Made by a program: the position numbers and the translations under genes. A model generated the notes under the pieces. It saw only the letters and a list, made by a program, of their open reading frames with translations, was not told the DNA's origin and did not search any database. From contig NC_043003.1 of NCBI RefSeq assembly GCF_006345805.1, positions 93,186,001 to 93,250,000 of the forward strand: 64,000 nt of DNA, given 5' to 3'. Every line of letters begins with the position of its first letter. The stretch's first letter is position 1. This document shows, piece by piece, positions 27,901 to 41,015 of this stretch. Source of the DNA: Octopus sinensis (Eukaryota).

Positions 27901-30343
27901 ATATATTAGCAGTTTTTAGACATCGATTGGTTATGAACCCTGAGTTAAATAGGTGTCAAAGAGGTCTATAGGGAAAAACATTATTGAGAATCACTGATTT
28001 AGACTCTGCAATAAGAACTTTTCTATTAATGGAATAGGGAAATTTAATTATCATGGTTCAAATTTGGGATGAATTGTAATGGATTCTTCTGACAAAATGT
28101 TGAATTATATCTGTTTTTGAAAGGGCGTATCTCAAAACAAATAAAGTTATTAAAAAAACAGCGAGTCAATATTGGGTCTAAAAATTCTTTGAATAGAATG
28201 AGCCAACGGCTCCTTGTGGGACTGGAACCCACACTTCCTGTGAACCTAACAAGCATTCTACCATTGGATCAAATAAAACATTCGAATTTCTCAACCAATT
28301 TTAGAAACTTGCTTATCCACGAGAATTTATGTTGTTGATATCATACGAATTTATACCCTCCAATCTTATTCATCCAATGTGTTTTTAACACAATATTAAC
28401 TTGCTTTTTCTTTAGCTTTATTTGCTTCGAGTTACACCATTACAAAAGATAATTATTTCACATTCTTTGGAATTTATAATTTGTATGACGTCAACTAATT
28501 GATGAATATTGTTTTCAAATTTTTGAGTAAAATTTTCTAATGGTAAAATAGAAATGCATTAATTACATCCAAAATTATAAGAGGACTATTTAAATACGTC
28601 GTGAATCCAATTAGGTTTTCATTCTCTTCATCTTTCAATTCTTTTCTTGACATATTCTCAAGAGATTGATGCATTTCGTCCGTTCAGATAGCTTAGAGTA
28701 AAAACAGTTTCTACCTTCTCTGTCGCATAACGCTGATACAACATAATGAATTTCATTAAATTCATCTGAAAAATCGGAAGGTTGCCTCCCGACTTTTGTT
28801 GGTCACAACTTTTATGTCGTTCACAACTTTTGAACCACAGATATTAAAGAACAAAGATCGTTCTTACATGCCATAGGAGTTACTTCATTAAGTTCAATTT
28901 GCCACAGATTGACTTATCTATTAACCACATTCATAACTTGCAAATCTGCATCTTGATTGCCTTTCTCGAATCTGCCTTCAAATTCGTTGTCGTTGTCATC
29001 ACTGTCGTTCTAAGAATTCTTAGTTAAATTAACTTTATCATATTTTGGCTCAGTTTCTTTTGTAAAGAATATAACAAACGAAGTACATTTTCGTAACACT
29101 GTTGTTCTTAATTACCAAATTTAACAACGACATTTTCTTCATCGGTTACGACTGCAATTATAAATAAATAGTCGTATTAAGGTTTTGTTCTAAAAGTTTC
29201 ATAATTTTTTGCAGGTAAACATCCATAAATTCTGATAATTCTAAATTCCAGAATTTATCAGATGTGTGTACATTTATATTAAAATTTCAGCGATCAGAAT
29301 TTATTTGAGAGTTCCTCTTTCTTTTAGCTATTTCGCAACTCGCAAACATTATTTCAAGCCATTGGTGTTGAATAAACTTTGTTAAATGAAAATCATTCTT
29401 TGGCAAAACAAAACTTTTATTGTGATTGCTCTTCTAATTAAACCTTTATCTAATGGAGTCATAGAAAATCCACCAGCAGCAACTAACCTTAATGCTTTTC
29501 AACAGTTTCTTGCGAATGATTGTTGAATTACGTGAAAGACCGTTTCTTGAACTACTCTAGCATTTTAAGATGGTATTGCAATTTATAATTGCTTTTTATG
29601 TAATGCAACCGGGAATTCCCGAGAAATAGAATACAATTCCGCGAATCCTTTTTTTTTTTGTTACATTTCTTACGAATTCGGGACCCATGAATCCAAACGA
29701 AAAATGTCCAAATCTTAAATATGACACTTTGACAGAAACCGCCCCGTTTCAAACTATTACTTACTGCTAAATAGATACTCGTTATTCTTACACCTTTGTT
29801 ATTTAAAACGATGAGCTGTGCCTCCCTTGTAGTGTCGCATATCTAGATGGATCGTGTCGTAAGAGAGTTAAATGAGTTAAACCGTTGACACATTGATAAG
29901 GTACGAATTGCTGCCACTTTATCTGATGGCAGTTCAAACTAGGCTCAAAGAGCATATATATGATCGTTCAACCTGCTAGAAATAGCAATCAAATTCCTCT
30001 CTCATGTATTGCTTACTATTTAGTTTCTCTATCAAATCTTTCCGTCATTTATAAAATCATACTAACAATCTGTAGGATTTTGTTTGTAAGGTTCTATTCC
30101 TGTCTGCTATTCCGGCATACTTTATTTCTGAAATCCTCGTATTTTCCTACCACCATTTCTGTATCTTCTCCCTTGTTCTATGTTGACAATGAAATGCTAT
30201 CCAAACTGCCGATATTTCTTCTTTTCTTTCACTGCATAATCATATTGACCTTATACACCCCCTGATCTCTTAACCTGAACAAGAAAACAGAGTCTGCGCA
30301 TTTCGTAGAACATTTCTGGCAGGAGTTAGTTTTAAAATATTTT

Positions 30344-30503
30344 CAGGCGCAAGCGTGGCTTAGTGGTAGGTAGCTGCCTCTCAACCACATGGTTCCGAGT
30401 TTAGTCCCACTGCTTGGTTCCTTGGGCAAGTGTCCTTTATTATAGCTTCGGGCCGACCTGGTGTGTGGATTTGGTAGATGGAAACTGAAAGAAGTACGTC
30501 GTG

Positions 30504-30571
<68 letters not shown>

Positions 30572-30832
30572 TGTATGTATGTATGTATGTATATCTGTGT
30601 GTGTATGTGTGTCTTTGTGTCTGTATTTGTTCCCCCATCACCGCTTGACAATTAGTATCGGTGTGTTTACGTCCCCCGTCACTTAGCGGTTCGACAAAAG
30701 ACACCGCCGATAAAATAAGTACTTAGGCGTAAAAAATATGTCCTGGGATGAATTAGTCCGACTGAAACCTTTCAAGGTGATGCTCCAGCATGGCCTCAGT
30801 CAAATGACTGAAACAAGTAAAAGAATAAAGGA
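30344..30832 (+). mobile_element. SINE family A
   Basis: Head gcgtggcttagtggtagg, B-box-like ggttccgagtttagtccc, internal microsatellite and the standard tail. Confidence 0.85.
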
Positions 30833-31907
30833 ATATTTAAAAATGGACTGGTCACAGCTGCAACTCCTTTAACGGTAGATCTGCTCGATCATGGTTTGCT
30901 TGGCTGTTTAAAAAACAACAAACTACAGCAGCTCCCTATTAAATTTGACTGAAAGTAGCTTTCTCATATTATACACGACACAATAGTTTCTGTAAGCAGA
31001 CAATGGGTTATACATTCAACTACGTTCATCTACTATCGATTCAGACACACCGCGTAGTAGCATCCTGTAACAGCTGCACAATGCAAGATCAACAACAATT
31101 GCAATATTGAATTCTGTATGATTCTCGGCCAAATTAGCTTGTCATTAAATGCCTTTACAACACCACTCCTCTTTGAGATACCAGTACCAACGAACAACTA
31201 TGAAAATCTGTTGGAATGTATCTATGAACATTTTAGATACATTTTATGTCAAATTACTGTTTGAGTCTTGAAGGCAGAAACCGTTTCTTAGTTTTTCCTA
31301 TATGGATTTTTAAGGGTTTCTATGGACTAATATTGGAATAAAGATAAGAGATTTCGTACAGTTGTTTTATGTGGTCGCTCGTCATGTTACAAATAGTAGC
31401 CAAATTTCCCTCGGGTCTTAGGTGTGGGGGGGGGGGGAATAAGGACACGTTAGCTAATGTGGTCCTAGATATATAAAAAAGAATGTGATGGCATGAGTTT
31501 GGTCAAAGATCTGTAGGGTTCATGTTATTCTAGGGCTAAACTACAACAGATTCCTTCTCATCCCCGCCCCCATCATCATCATCAACAACAAAACAACAAC
31601 AACAACAATAACAGCGTAACAAAAACTTGTATTATCAAGCCATCTAGGTGGTCTCTATGCAGTCACTTGACCTGGTAGAAATAGCTGTCAAATCAACTTC
31701 AAATCATATCCTAGTTTCTCACAAATGGAATAACACAGACTATGATATCTTTATGGATTGGTCTTGAAAAACAATTAAAGACAGGATGACACAGCTGGAA
31801 TGCGTTTTGTCATAGTTTAGTCAGTCCAATAAGAGCATATCTGGGGTTGTTGCTGTTAACACTACTACTACTTACTACTACTACTACTACCCCCCCCCAC
31901 CACCACC

Positions 31908-31961
<54 letters not shown>

Positions 31962-32254
31962 TCATGCATGAAAATAGTATTTATTAGTATCGATCAGATG
32001 ACGATGTGCTAACAAAAGGATTTGCAGTTCGCATTCTATTACTGATAGTGCTGTATTGCTCAAAAACACTTGAGTCTAAAACAGTCCAGTCTAAATAAAT
32101 GCTAATACGTACCACGGCTGGTGCATGGGGCCAACAATAATCTGGTGTCGAACTGATGGACACAACACAAAGTCGATCCTCTACCGGTAGTTCTCCGTCA
32201 TCGTAACAAGACGGGATCTGACTTTTATATACACATAAGCGCATGCACACACGG

Positions 32255-32298
<44 letters not shown>

Positions 32299-32447
32299 CA
32301 CACACATAACAGCACGCACGCACACACACGTATACACTCATACATACATTCATACATACATACATATGCTTACATGCATACATGCATACATACATACATA
32401 CATACATACATTCTGCATACATACATACATACATACATATATACATC

Positions 32448-32540
<93 letters not shown>

Positions 32541-32589
32541 GCAGCTGAAGATAGCACTGCAATGTAATGATTGCATTGTTCAATTAAAT

Positions 32590-32960
32590 GGAGTCGCTTG
32601 AAACGGTCGTACTGCATTACTACTTGATATCCTGTTGCTTATTTTGATAGTGGGCACAAGAATGTTAGTCGACCATGGCTCAGATATAAGGACAAGCTGA
32701 AGAGTAACCTGTCGACAGTGAAGATAAGTCACAATACCTTGGAGCGAACAAAATGGAGATCGTTGTGTCAAAATGGTATTAGAAACTCTGTTGCAACCAG
32801 CATTAACAGGCTTAAGAGTTCAAGGCAAAGGAGAAAAGCGACTGCAAATATACCACCTGCACTGACCTATAATTCTCATACTTGCAACATCTGCAGGCGT
32901 CTTTGCAAATCGTTGGCGGGACTTAAATGTCACGTTCGACATAAGCTATGTGACTGAAAA
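32590..32960 (+). mobile_element. RTE LINE 3' end fragment with C-terminal zinc finger
   Basis: RPWLRYKDKLKSNL, then ORF 32718-32957 ERTKWRSLCQNGI...CNICRRLCKSLAGLKCHVRH. Confidence 0.75.
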
Positions 32961-33998
32961 AGAAAGAGTAGGTTGTCAGATACTCATACGTCCAAGGCGA
33001 ATGCTGCTGACAGTGACTTCAAAGTTTCAACCAGCTAAGCCATCGTCGAATATATATAGTCTCTGTTGAGTTAAAATCATCTTTGGGTTTGCAGATTTTT
33101 TATTAACGCATGCACGTACGTGTGTTCTCGTACAAAACACCTTTTTATAACAACCAACCGTAAAAACCTAATTACCACCTCACCCAAGCCCAGACGTTCA
33201 AAGATGATTTTTACCTAAAAAAGACTATATAAAGGCAAAACTAACTCTAATGTACCGCAATTCAATGATGGCTAACCGAGACATCGAAGTGACTGTTAAC
33301 GATATTCTCGTTTAAGAATTATAAATTTTTGCTCTACAAATGTACAAAGTAACATGATTTTTATTAAAACTGAACATAAAAACAAACATTAATATATAAG
33401 AATGTTTAAATATAAAGACACGTGTAAAAGTAATTTAGAAGTGTAAACATTTAGAAATATAAATATGGCAGTTTACGAAAGAGAAATTTGTAATGAAATG
33501 CCAGTCTGCGACTATCATTTTTCTCTTTCTTTGTTTTTATAACAAATGTCTTATTTTCTACGCGGCTACCTTCTTATATTAACTACATCGTGCGCTTAAG
33601 AAATGAAAACAGTAAACTTGCAATAATAATGTTTAATAACCGATGTTTAAGCAATAACCTATTTGTTTCACTATGCTCATAAAGCTTATTTCTGTACATT
33701 CCGGGTTTCATTTTGTTTCTATTTTAATTCCACAGATATATGTTCTTAAAGCAAAAGATCACCATGTTTTTTTTCTAAAACAACCACCAACGTCATCTGT
33801 GTGTGTGTGTGTGTGTGTCTTTATATGATTGAGAAACATTGAAGGAAGAAATTCAGTGTGTATGAATTTTCATAAAATATAATATAATCAACACAGATAA
33901 TAATTTCATTTTCAATTGTTTTTCCTTTTTCAACGTAAACTATGAAATGAAAATGTGTTTCCACAATATGTATACTAAGTTATCTACATATATGCATA

Positions 33999-34431
33999 CG
34001 AGCAAAACGCCTCCCATCCGATGGACGGTGCTGAGTTGTCAAACATTTAAACCAAATTTTCTCAAAACAACTTGTCCGGCCGTGCCATAGGTCTCTCCTT
34101 TGAGAAACACTGATTTAACCTAAATTTGAGACACCAGCAAAAGAAGAAATAAAGATAGACTTTTTTCTATTCCAAAGAAAAACGATTTTATTCACACAAA
34201 TATGCAACCGAAGAGTTTAAAGTACCAGTAAGTACATCACAACAGCTGATGTACTTGCCTCGGCTTTATCGATCGCATTCTCATTTGGAATCGTTTTTTG
34301 TAATTTTTTTAAGACTTATAGATGCCATGATACCGTTGGTATCTACATATCAAATTTGAGCGGATTCGGATGGAGGATACCCGAGATCCAAGAAGACACA
34401 CACACACACAGAACGGATTTTATATAATAGA
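33999..34431 (-). mobile_element. Non-autonomous Helitron-like element, copy 2
   Basis: Ends cagaacggattttatataataga (reverse complement of the 17010 start). The other end matches 17380-17451. Confidence 0.7.
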
Positions 34432-34771
34432 TGTGTATGCGCTATTCATGTCTTTTCACATTCTTAGACTGTCACATTCACCAACTCATCTTTCGCATCA
34501 TACATGTATGTACGTATTTAACCGTAAATCCATCCATGACAGCTCCTATCATAATTACTCGGTCACTTACACACTCACCTCCTCCTTCTCCACCACCTTC
34601 TCGTGCTCTCTATCTATGATTCTTCTCTCTCACTACGTGTAGCGTTCCTTTACTCATTGTCTGCTACCAAACCTATTGTGTACACTCATTCTGCACTTCT
34701 TATGTTACTTCTATCTTCTTTTACTCCCTCTTTCTTTCTCTTTCTGTATGATGTAAAGCGTGAATGAAGAA

Positions 34772-36076
34772 AGCAATCAGCCAACCAATCAACCAATCAA
34801 CCAACCAACCAACCAACCAACCAACCAACCAACCAACCAGCCAACCAGCCAACCAACCAACCAACCAACCAACCAACCCACCCACCAGCCAACCAACCAA
34901 CCAAACAACCAACCAGCCAGCCAGCCAACTAACCAATCAAACAACCAACCAACCAACCAACCAACCAACCAACCATCCATCCATCCATCCATCCAGTCAG
35001 CCAGCCAGCCAACCAACCAACCAACCAACCAACCAACCAACCAACCAACCAACAACCAACCAACCAACCAACCAACCATCCATCCATCCATCCATCCAGC
35101 CAGACAGCCAACCAACCAACTAACCAACCAACCAACCAACCATCCATCCATCCATCCAACCAACCAACCAGCCAACCAACCAACCAACTAACCAACCAAC
35201 CAACCAGCCAGCCAGCCAGCCAACTAACCAATCAAACTGCCAACCAGCCAACCATCCATCCATCCATCCAGCCATCCATCCATCCAGCCAACCAACCAAC
35301 CAACCAACCAACCAACCAACCAGCCAACCAACCAACCAACCAACCAACCATCCATCCATCCATCCATCCATCCAGCCAGCCAGCCAGCCGTCCATCCAGC
35401 CAACCAACCAACTAACCAACCAGCCAACCAACCAACCAACCAACCAACCAACCAACCATCATCCATCCATCCATCCAGTCAGCCAGCCAGCCAACCAACC
35501 AACAACCACCAACCAACCAACCAACTAACCAACCAGCCAACCAACCAACCATCCACCATCCATCCATCCAGCCAGACAGCCAACCAACCAACCAACCAAC
35601 AACCAACCAACCATCCATCCATCCATCCACAACCAACCAACCACCAACCAACCAACCAACTAACCAACCAACAACCAGCCAGCCAGCCAGCCAACTAACC
35701 AATCAAACTGCCAACCAGCCAACCATCCATCCATCCATCCAGCCATCCATCCATCCAGCCAACCAACCAACCAACCAACCAACCAACCAACCAGCCAACC
35801 AACCAACCAACCAACCAACCATCCATCCATCCATCCATCCATCCAGCCAGCCAGCCAGCCGTCCATCCAGCCAACCAACCAACTAACCAACCAGCCAACC
35901 AACCAACCAACCAACCAACCAACCAACCATCCATCCATCCAACCAACCAACCAACCAGCCAACCAACCAACTAACCAACTAACCAACCAACCAATCAAGC
36001 GGCCAACCAGCGAAAAAACCCAACCAACCAACCAACCAACCAACCAACCAGCCAACCAATCAACCCACCAACCAAC
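34772..36076. repeat. 1.3-kb compound (ACCA/TCCA/GCCA)n satellite
   Basis: Continuous 4-mer variants; source of all the 'LVGW/QPTN' ORFs. Confidence 0.95.
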
Positions 36077-36084
36077 CATGTACG

Positions 36085-36345
36085 TGATCCGACTTTTCGT
36101 CCGGTGTCACTTCGTCCACGTCTTTTTGTCCGATGATTCTTTTTTTGTCCATCGACTTTTTGTTCAATTTTTAATAAACTCTTTAGAAAACAAGATGAAC
36201 ATAAAAATCGAATATTCATTAAGAATTTTATCGATAGGATTTGTCATTGGACAAAAATAAAATCATCGAACAAAAGGACGTCGGACCAAAAGATGTGGAC
36301 GAAAAGACGTTTGACGAAGTGACGTCGGACAAAATGACATTGCAT
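36085..36345. mobile_element. Foldback-like MITE with short internal repeats in its inverted arms
   Basis: Left arm cttttcgtcc..gtcacttcgtccacgtctttttgtccgatgatt is complementary to right arm aatcatcgaacaaaaggacgtc...gacgaagtgacgtcggacaaaatgac. Confidence 0.55.
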
Positions 36346-36668
36346 CATACATACACACACACACACACATACACACGCGCACACACACACACGCACGCAC
36401 ACACACACACAAACACATACACAAACACACGTTTATACAAGGAATTGAAGACACTCATCCATGCAGGATATAACAAACTACTTGTTTTCATGGTCATTGC
36501 TGGTTTGTCAGCAGCAATACATACATACACACACACATACACATACATACATACATACATGCATACATACATACATACATACATACATACATACGTACTG
36601 ACCGCGTGTGTACCGTTGGCGACTTTTTTCCCTCTGTCTTCACTTTTCTGGATCTTTCCTTCTCCTAT

Positions 36669-36703
36669 GCTTCCGACGAAGAGCTCCGCTCGAAACGTTA
36701 AAC
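36669..36703 (+). ncRNA. Minimal hammerhead-like motif in a Penelope terminal-repeat fragment (~36655-36800)
   Basis: CCGACGA (U4 replaced by C)-A-GAG/cuccg/CUC-GAAAC-GUU-aaac. The downstream ttcctgagcgtccaataatacta module is shared with 37410, 55140 and 62130. Confidence 0.55.
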
Positions 36704-37226
36704 CCTCCTTCTTTCCTTCTTTCCTGAGCGTCCAATAATACTATATTTGTTCCACGTCCTCGCGTTGTTGTGTTTTTTGTGCTTTCTTGTTTGGATTAAC
36801 TTTACGTACGTACATCCATCCATCCATCCATATATACACATATATAAATATAGATATAAATACACATATACACAGACACAACCCCAGCCCGTCACACACA
36901 TGTGTGTAACCTCAGTTTTTAATATCCAGGTAAACGATACAAGCACAATCAAGCATGCTGCTTTTATATGAATGCAGTTTTCGTTGTATTTGCTGTATTG
37001 AAAGTCATAAAAGTTCGCGCCAAAATGAAACATAATTCTACGCAGCCATATTATTTATTAATAACTGTCTTTTCAGTCATGTATCACTGTCTATTTAACT
37101 ATATGTTTTCGTGTTTCAATGTGTGTGGGTGGATGTGCTTATTTACATTATATATGCGTATATATATTTTTACGGATGGTCAGTCGTACTGGAAAATTAA
37201 TAAAATACATACATACATATATATAT

Positions 37227-37296
<70 letters not shown>

Positions 37297-37305
37297 ATAT
37301 ATAAT

Positions 37306-37341
<36 letters not shown>

Positions 37342-37362
37342 GATATAGATAGATATATATAG

Positions 37363-37411
<49 letters not shown>

Positions 37412-37501
37412 AGGTTAATCCAAACGGGAAAACAGAAAAAACAACAACACGTGGAACAATTACAGTATTAATATTATTAGGCGCTCAGGAAAATGGAAGA
37501 A

Positions 37502-37570
<69 letters not shown>

Positions 37571-37760
37571 ATATGCTAAATATTTAAGTAAAAAATACTT
37601 CCTAGCAATAGAATAGTCACAGGCTGGTAGGAAAAAATTCCAGTTAACATTTTTTTCTACCAAGCCTGTAGTATACAGAAGCATTTTTAACTTCTATTTT
37701 TAGTGATGTAGGTGCTCATGTAGTGTCCCGTGTAAATATATATGAAAATATATGAAAAAC

Positions 37761-37937
37761 AGGAGTGGCTGTGTGGTAAGTAGCTTGCTAACCAACCACA
37801 TGGTTCCGGGTTCAGTCCCACTGCGTGGCATCTTGGGCAAGTGTCTTCTGTTATAGCCCCGGGTCGACCAAAGCCTTGTGAGTGGATTTGGTAGACGGAA
37901 ACTGAAAGGAACCCGTCGTATATATGTATATATATAT

Positions 37938-38009
<72 letters not shown>

Positions 38010-38211
38010 TTGTGTGTCTGTGTTTGTCCTCCTAGCATTGCCTGACAACCGATGCTGGTGTGTTTACGTCCCCGTCACTTAGCGGTTCGGCAAAAGAGAC
38101 CGATAGAATAAGTACTGGGCTTACAAAGAATAAGTCCCGGGGTCGTTTGCCTCGACTAAAGGCGGTGCTCCAGCATGGCCGCAGTCAAATGACTGAAACA
38201 AGTAAAAGAGT
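37761..38211 (+). mobile_element. SINE family A, best-preserved copy (possibly related to described octopus tRNA/CORE-type SINEs)
   Basis: A-box-like tggctgtgtggtaag, B-box-like ggttcagtccc, cttgggcaagtg segment, internal (TA)n(TG)n and a gactgaaacaagtaaaaga tail. At least 9 copies in the window. Confidence 0.9.
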
Positions 38212-38244
38212 ATATTTTATACTGTATGTATATATCTTATATTG

Positions 38245-38278
<34 letters not shown>

Positions 38279-38739
38279 ATTATATATATATATAATATAT
38301 ATATATACATATATAAATACATATGTATGTATAAACATATATGAAATAGAGTATCTTGCTCAAGTACACAACGCGTCGCCGGGAATTGAACTCACGACCT
38401 TACGATCGTGAACCGAATGCCCTAACCACTAAGCCACGCGCCTTTAATATATATACACATATATATGTATATATATATATATATTTTGACCTATATATTT
38501 TATATATATTTGACCTATATATTTTATATATATATACATATATTTTTTATATATATATACATAAGTTGTTTTTTTTTATAAGTTTTTTTATATATATATA
38601 CATATATTTTTGACCTTTTTGTTTATCGCTCGAAGATTGACCGTTTTTTCTAAAGGGCCAATCAAACAAGTCCATTTCTTTTTAAAGGTGTAGCGTTTGT
38701 AAGAGTATAGATAGAATTTATATATATGTTTCATTCTAG

Positions 38740-38789
38740 CAAAAACTGTCTGATGAACGGCAACGAGAAACTCAGAGTAACAGATTTTG
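38740..38789 (+). ncRNA. Type I hammerhead ribozyme motif (best candidate)
   Basis: Stem I caaaaactgt/acagattttg (9/10 pairs), CUGAUGA 38750-56, stem II cg-GCAA-cg closed by an A.A mismatch, GAAA 38767-70, stem III AC(U)/(A)GU, GUA triplet 38777-79. Confidence 0.72.
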
Positions 38790-38837
38790 TTGAATTTTCT
38801 GCTGCTTAAAATAAAGTATATATATATATATATATCA

Positions 38838-39115
38838 TAAGGTCGTGAGTTCAATTCCCGGCGACGCGTTGTGTCCTTGAGCAAGAAACTCTATTTCACG
38901 TTGCTCCAGTTCACTCAGCTGGCAAAAATAAGTACCTGTATTTCAAAGGGCCAGCCTTGCCCCACTCTGTATCACGCTGAATCTCCCTGGGAACTACGTT
39001 AAGGGTACACGTGTCTGTGGTGTGGTCAGCCACTTGCACGTTAATTTCACGAGCAAGATATTCTTTTGATCGTATTAGCTGGGACTCTCGCCGTCGTAAT
39101 CGACGGAGTACTCCT
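38838..39115 (+). mobile_element. tRNA-derived SINE, family C
   Basis: aaggtcgtgagttcaattcccggcgacgcgttgtgtccttgagcaag head. Inverted partial copy at 38350-38445; related copy at 44390-44660 (minus). Confidence 0.7.
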
Positions 39116-39129
39116 TTATATATAAGCCT

Positions 39130-39412
39130 AGCACTTATTCTATCAGTCTCTTTTTACCGAACCGCTATGTTACGGGGACGTAAACACGCCATACCGGTTG
39201 TCAAGTGGTGGTGGGTTACATGCACAGAGAGAAAGACACATACACGTATATAATACACACACACACACATGCCTTCGACGGGCTTCTTTCAGTTTCCGTT
39301 CACCAAATTCACTCACAAGGCTTTGGTGGGTTCGAGGCTATAGTAGAAGACACTTGCCCAAGGTGTCACGCAATGGGACTGAACCCAGAACCATGTGGTT
39401 GGCAGGGTGCAA
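39130..39412 (-). mobile_element. SINE family A, partial
   Basis: Reverse complement of the family A core (ctttcagtttccgt...agacacttgcccaaggtg...gggactgaaccc). Confidence 0.8.
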
Positions 39413-40649
39413 TTTGAAGTGGTATCGGTATCAGTTACTCCTTTGCTCTCCCGGGCCAATTGAACAGAAAGGTGGCATCACCGGTGTTTGTTGGCCGCGG
39501 TTTTGTTTATATCATATCACACCATGTTTACATGTATACATCATATCACAGTGGCCTTTCCCATGTCGGTTAAGGATGGCTGCTTTATCATGGTGCTGTT
39601 CTGGTAACCGGAGTATGTGACTAACTAGTTTTAACCATCGTTCTGTGATGATTACGCAAGTGGTCTTGTATTGATTGTTCTTAGAATGTCTTATTTATTT
39701 GGTTGCGTGGTCTTGCCAATACATTCTCAAGCACCGTGAAAATCGACAGAAAGCTAGATGTGATCTAACGCAGATTTGAGATAGATTTGGCCGCTATTTT
39801 TATCAGGTCAGAGAACTTTTAGAGGTACTACATTGGCTTGTTAATTTTATTTACATGTAGAATTTATGTGACATAAAAACATTTTTGGTGTTTGGATTCG
39901 CTTGGATTACATTCCTGGCAATGAAAGCTTGTTTTTCAGTTAATGTGCTCGAGAATATGATGAAGACAAAGAAGACGTCTTAGGTGAGTTGTTAACTTCC
40001 CAGTCATATCTCATTAATATGACAATGAAGTTAGAGAGACGTCACGCAGCTGCAGTCAACTTCACAATAGACGGGAAGCCTCGTATTTCTGAATGTAATC
40101 AATATAAAATGACTATACACTAACAGGACAATACATATTACGCGCACACACACACACACGATTGTGCCCATACCGCATAACTCGCTCACAATCATTTTCG
40201 CGCGTTTTCCACTTCTTTAGCAGCCAGCTGTTACAATGCCTGTGCATTGGGTTTTTTCGCGGCTCCTGTTGAACATTTTTCACTCCGCCGAAGTAAGTTT
40301 AGTGTGCCACAGGGATTAACTGAGAAGCCTCTACTTGATCGCTCGACATGCACGAAATAACATCCAAGTTTTCCCTCGTACCATACTGTGATATTTTATG
40401 AAATGAAACCTTGTATGATGTGGCGTTGAGATACCTATACACAGGAAACACGGGCAGATCACAGCTGGAATACCTATGACCATAGAAAGTTCTGATCACC
40501 CTTGGAAGATCTAGGGCTGATTAACAGAAAGAAAGCAAAAAAAAAAAAAAACAACAACAACAAAAATAAACACTAACAGCAATCTTATAAGTATTTTGAG
40601 TTTGTTCGACAACAGGCCAGGTGCCTTTCGTAAAGTTCCAGTTTTGTTT

Positions 40650-41015
40650 CGAGTTCAGTCTTACTGCATGGCACCTTGGGCAAATGTCTTCTGCTATAGC
40701 GCTGGGCCGACGAAAGCCTTGTGACTCTGGGTTTGGTAGACGGAAAATGAAAGAAAGCTATATATATATAATGTGTGTAGGTATGTGTGTGCGTGTGTGT
40801 GTGTATGTGTTTGTGTTTGCGTCTGTTCCTTATCGCTTGTCAACCGATATTGGTTTGTTTATTTCTCGGTGACAAAGCTGGATCGATAGAATGTGTACCA
40901 GAGCTTAAAAATAAAGCAACAAGAACTGTAAGTACTGGGATGGATTTACTCGACTAAAACCCAGCAAGAGGATGCTTCTGCATGGCCGCGTCCAATGACT
41001 GAAACAATTAAACAA
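40650..41015 (+). mobile_element. SINE family A, diverged
   Basis: ggcaccttgggcaaatgtcttctgctatag...gacgaaagccttgtga...catggccgcgtccaatgactgaaacaa. Confidence 0.75.

Noticed and set aside
28400-29760. Possible additional DNA transposon relic (acidic stretch, QPLD-like 'KPLSNGVIE')
   Set aside because: The motif resemblance is too weak and the strands inconsistent to call without an HMM search.
34760-36079. Apparent QPTN/LVGW repeat 'protein' or CRISPR-like array
   Set aside because: It is a pure 4-mer satellite with no unique spacers, and the context is eukaryotic.
37761-37830. SINE heads as tRNA genes
   Set aside because: A/B-box-like motifs are present, but there is no complete cloverleaf and they continue into SINE bodies.
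40299-40499. 66-aa minus-strand ORF as a host gene
   Set aside because: No recognisable motif or splice support.
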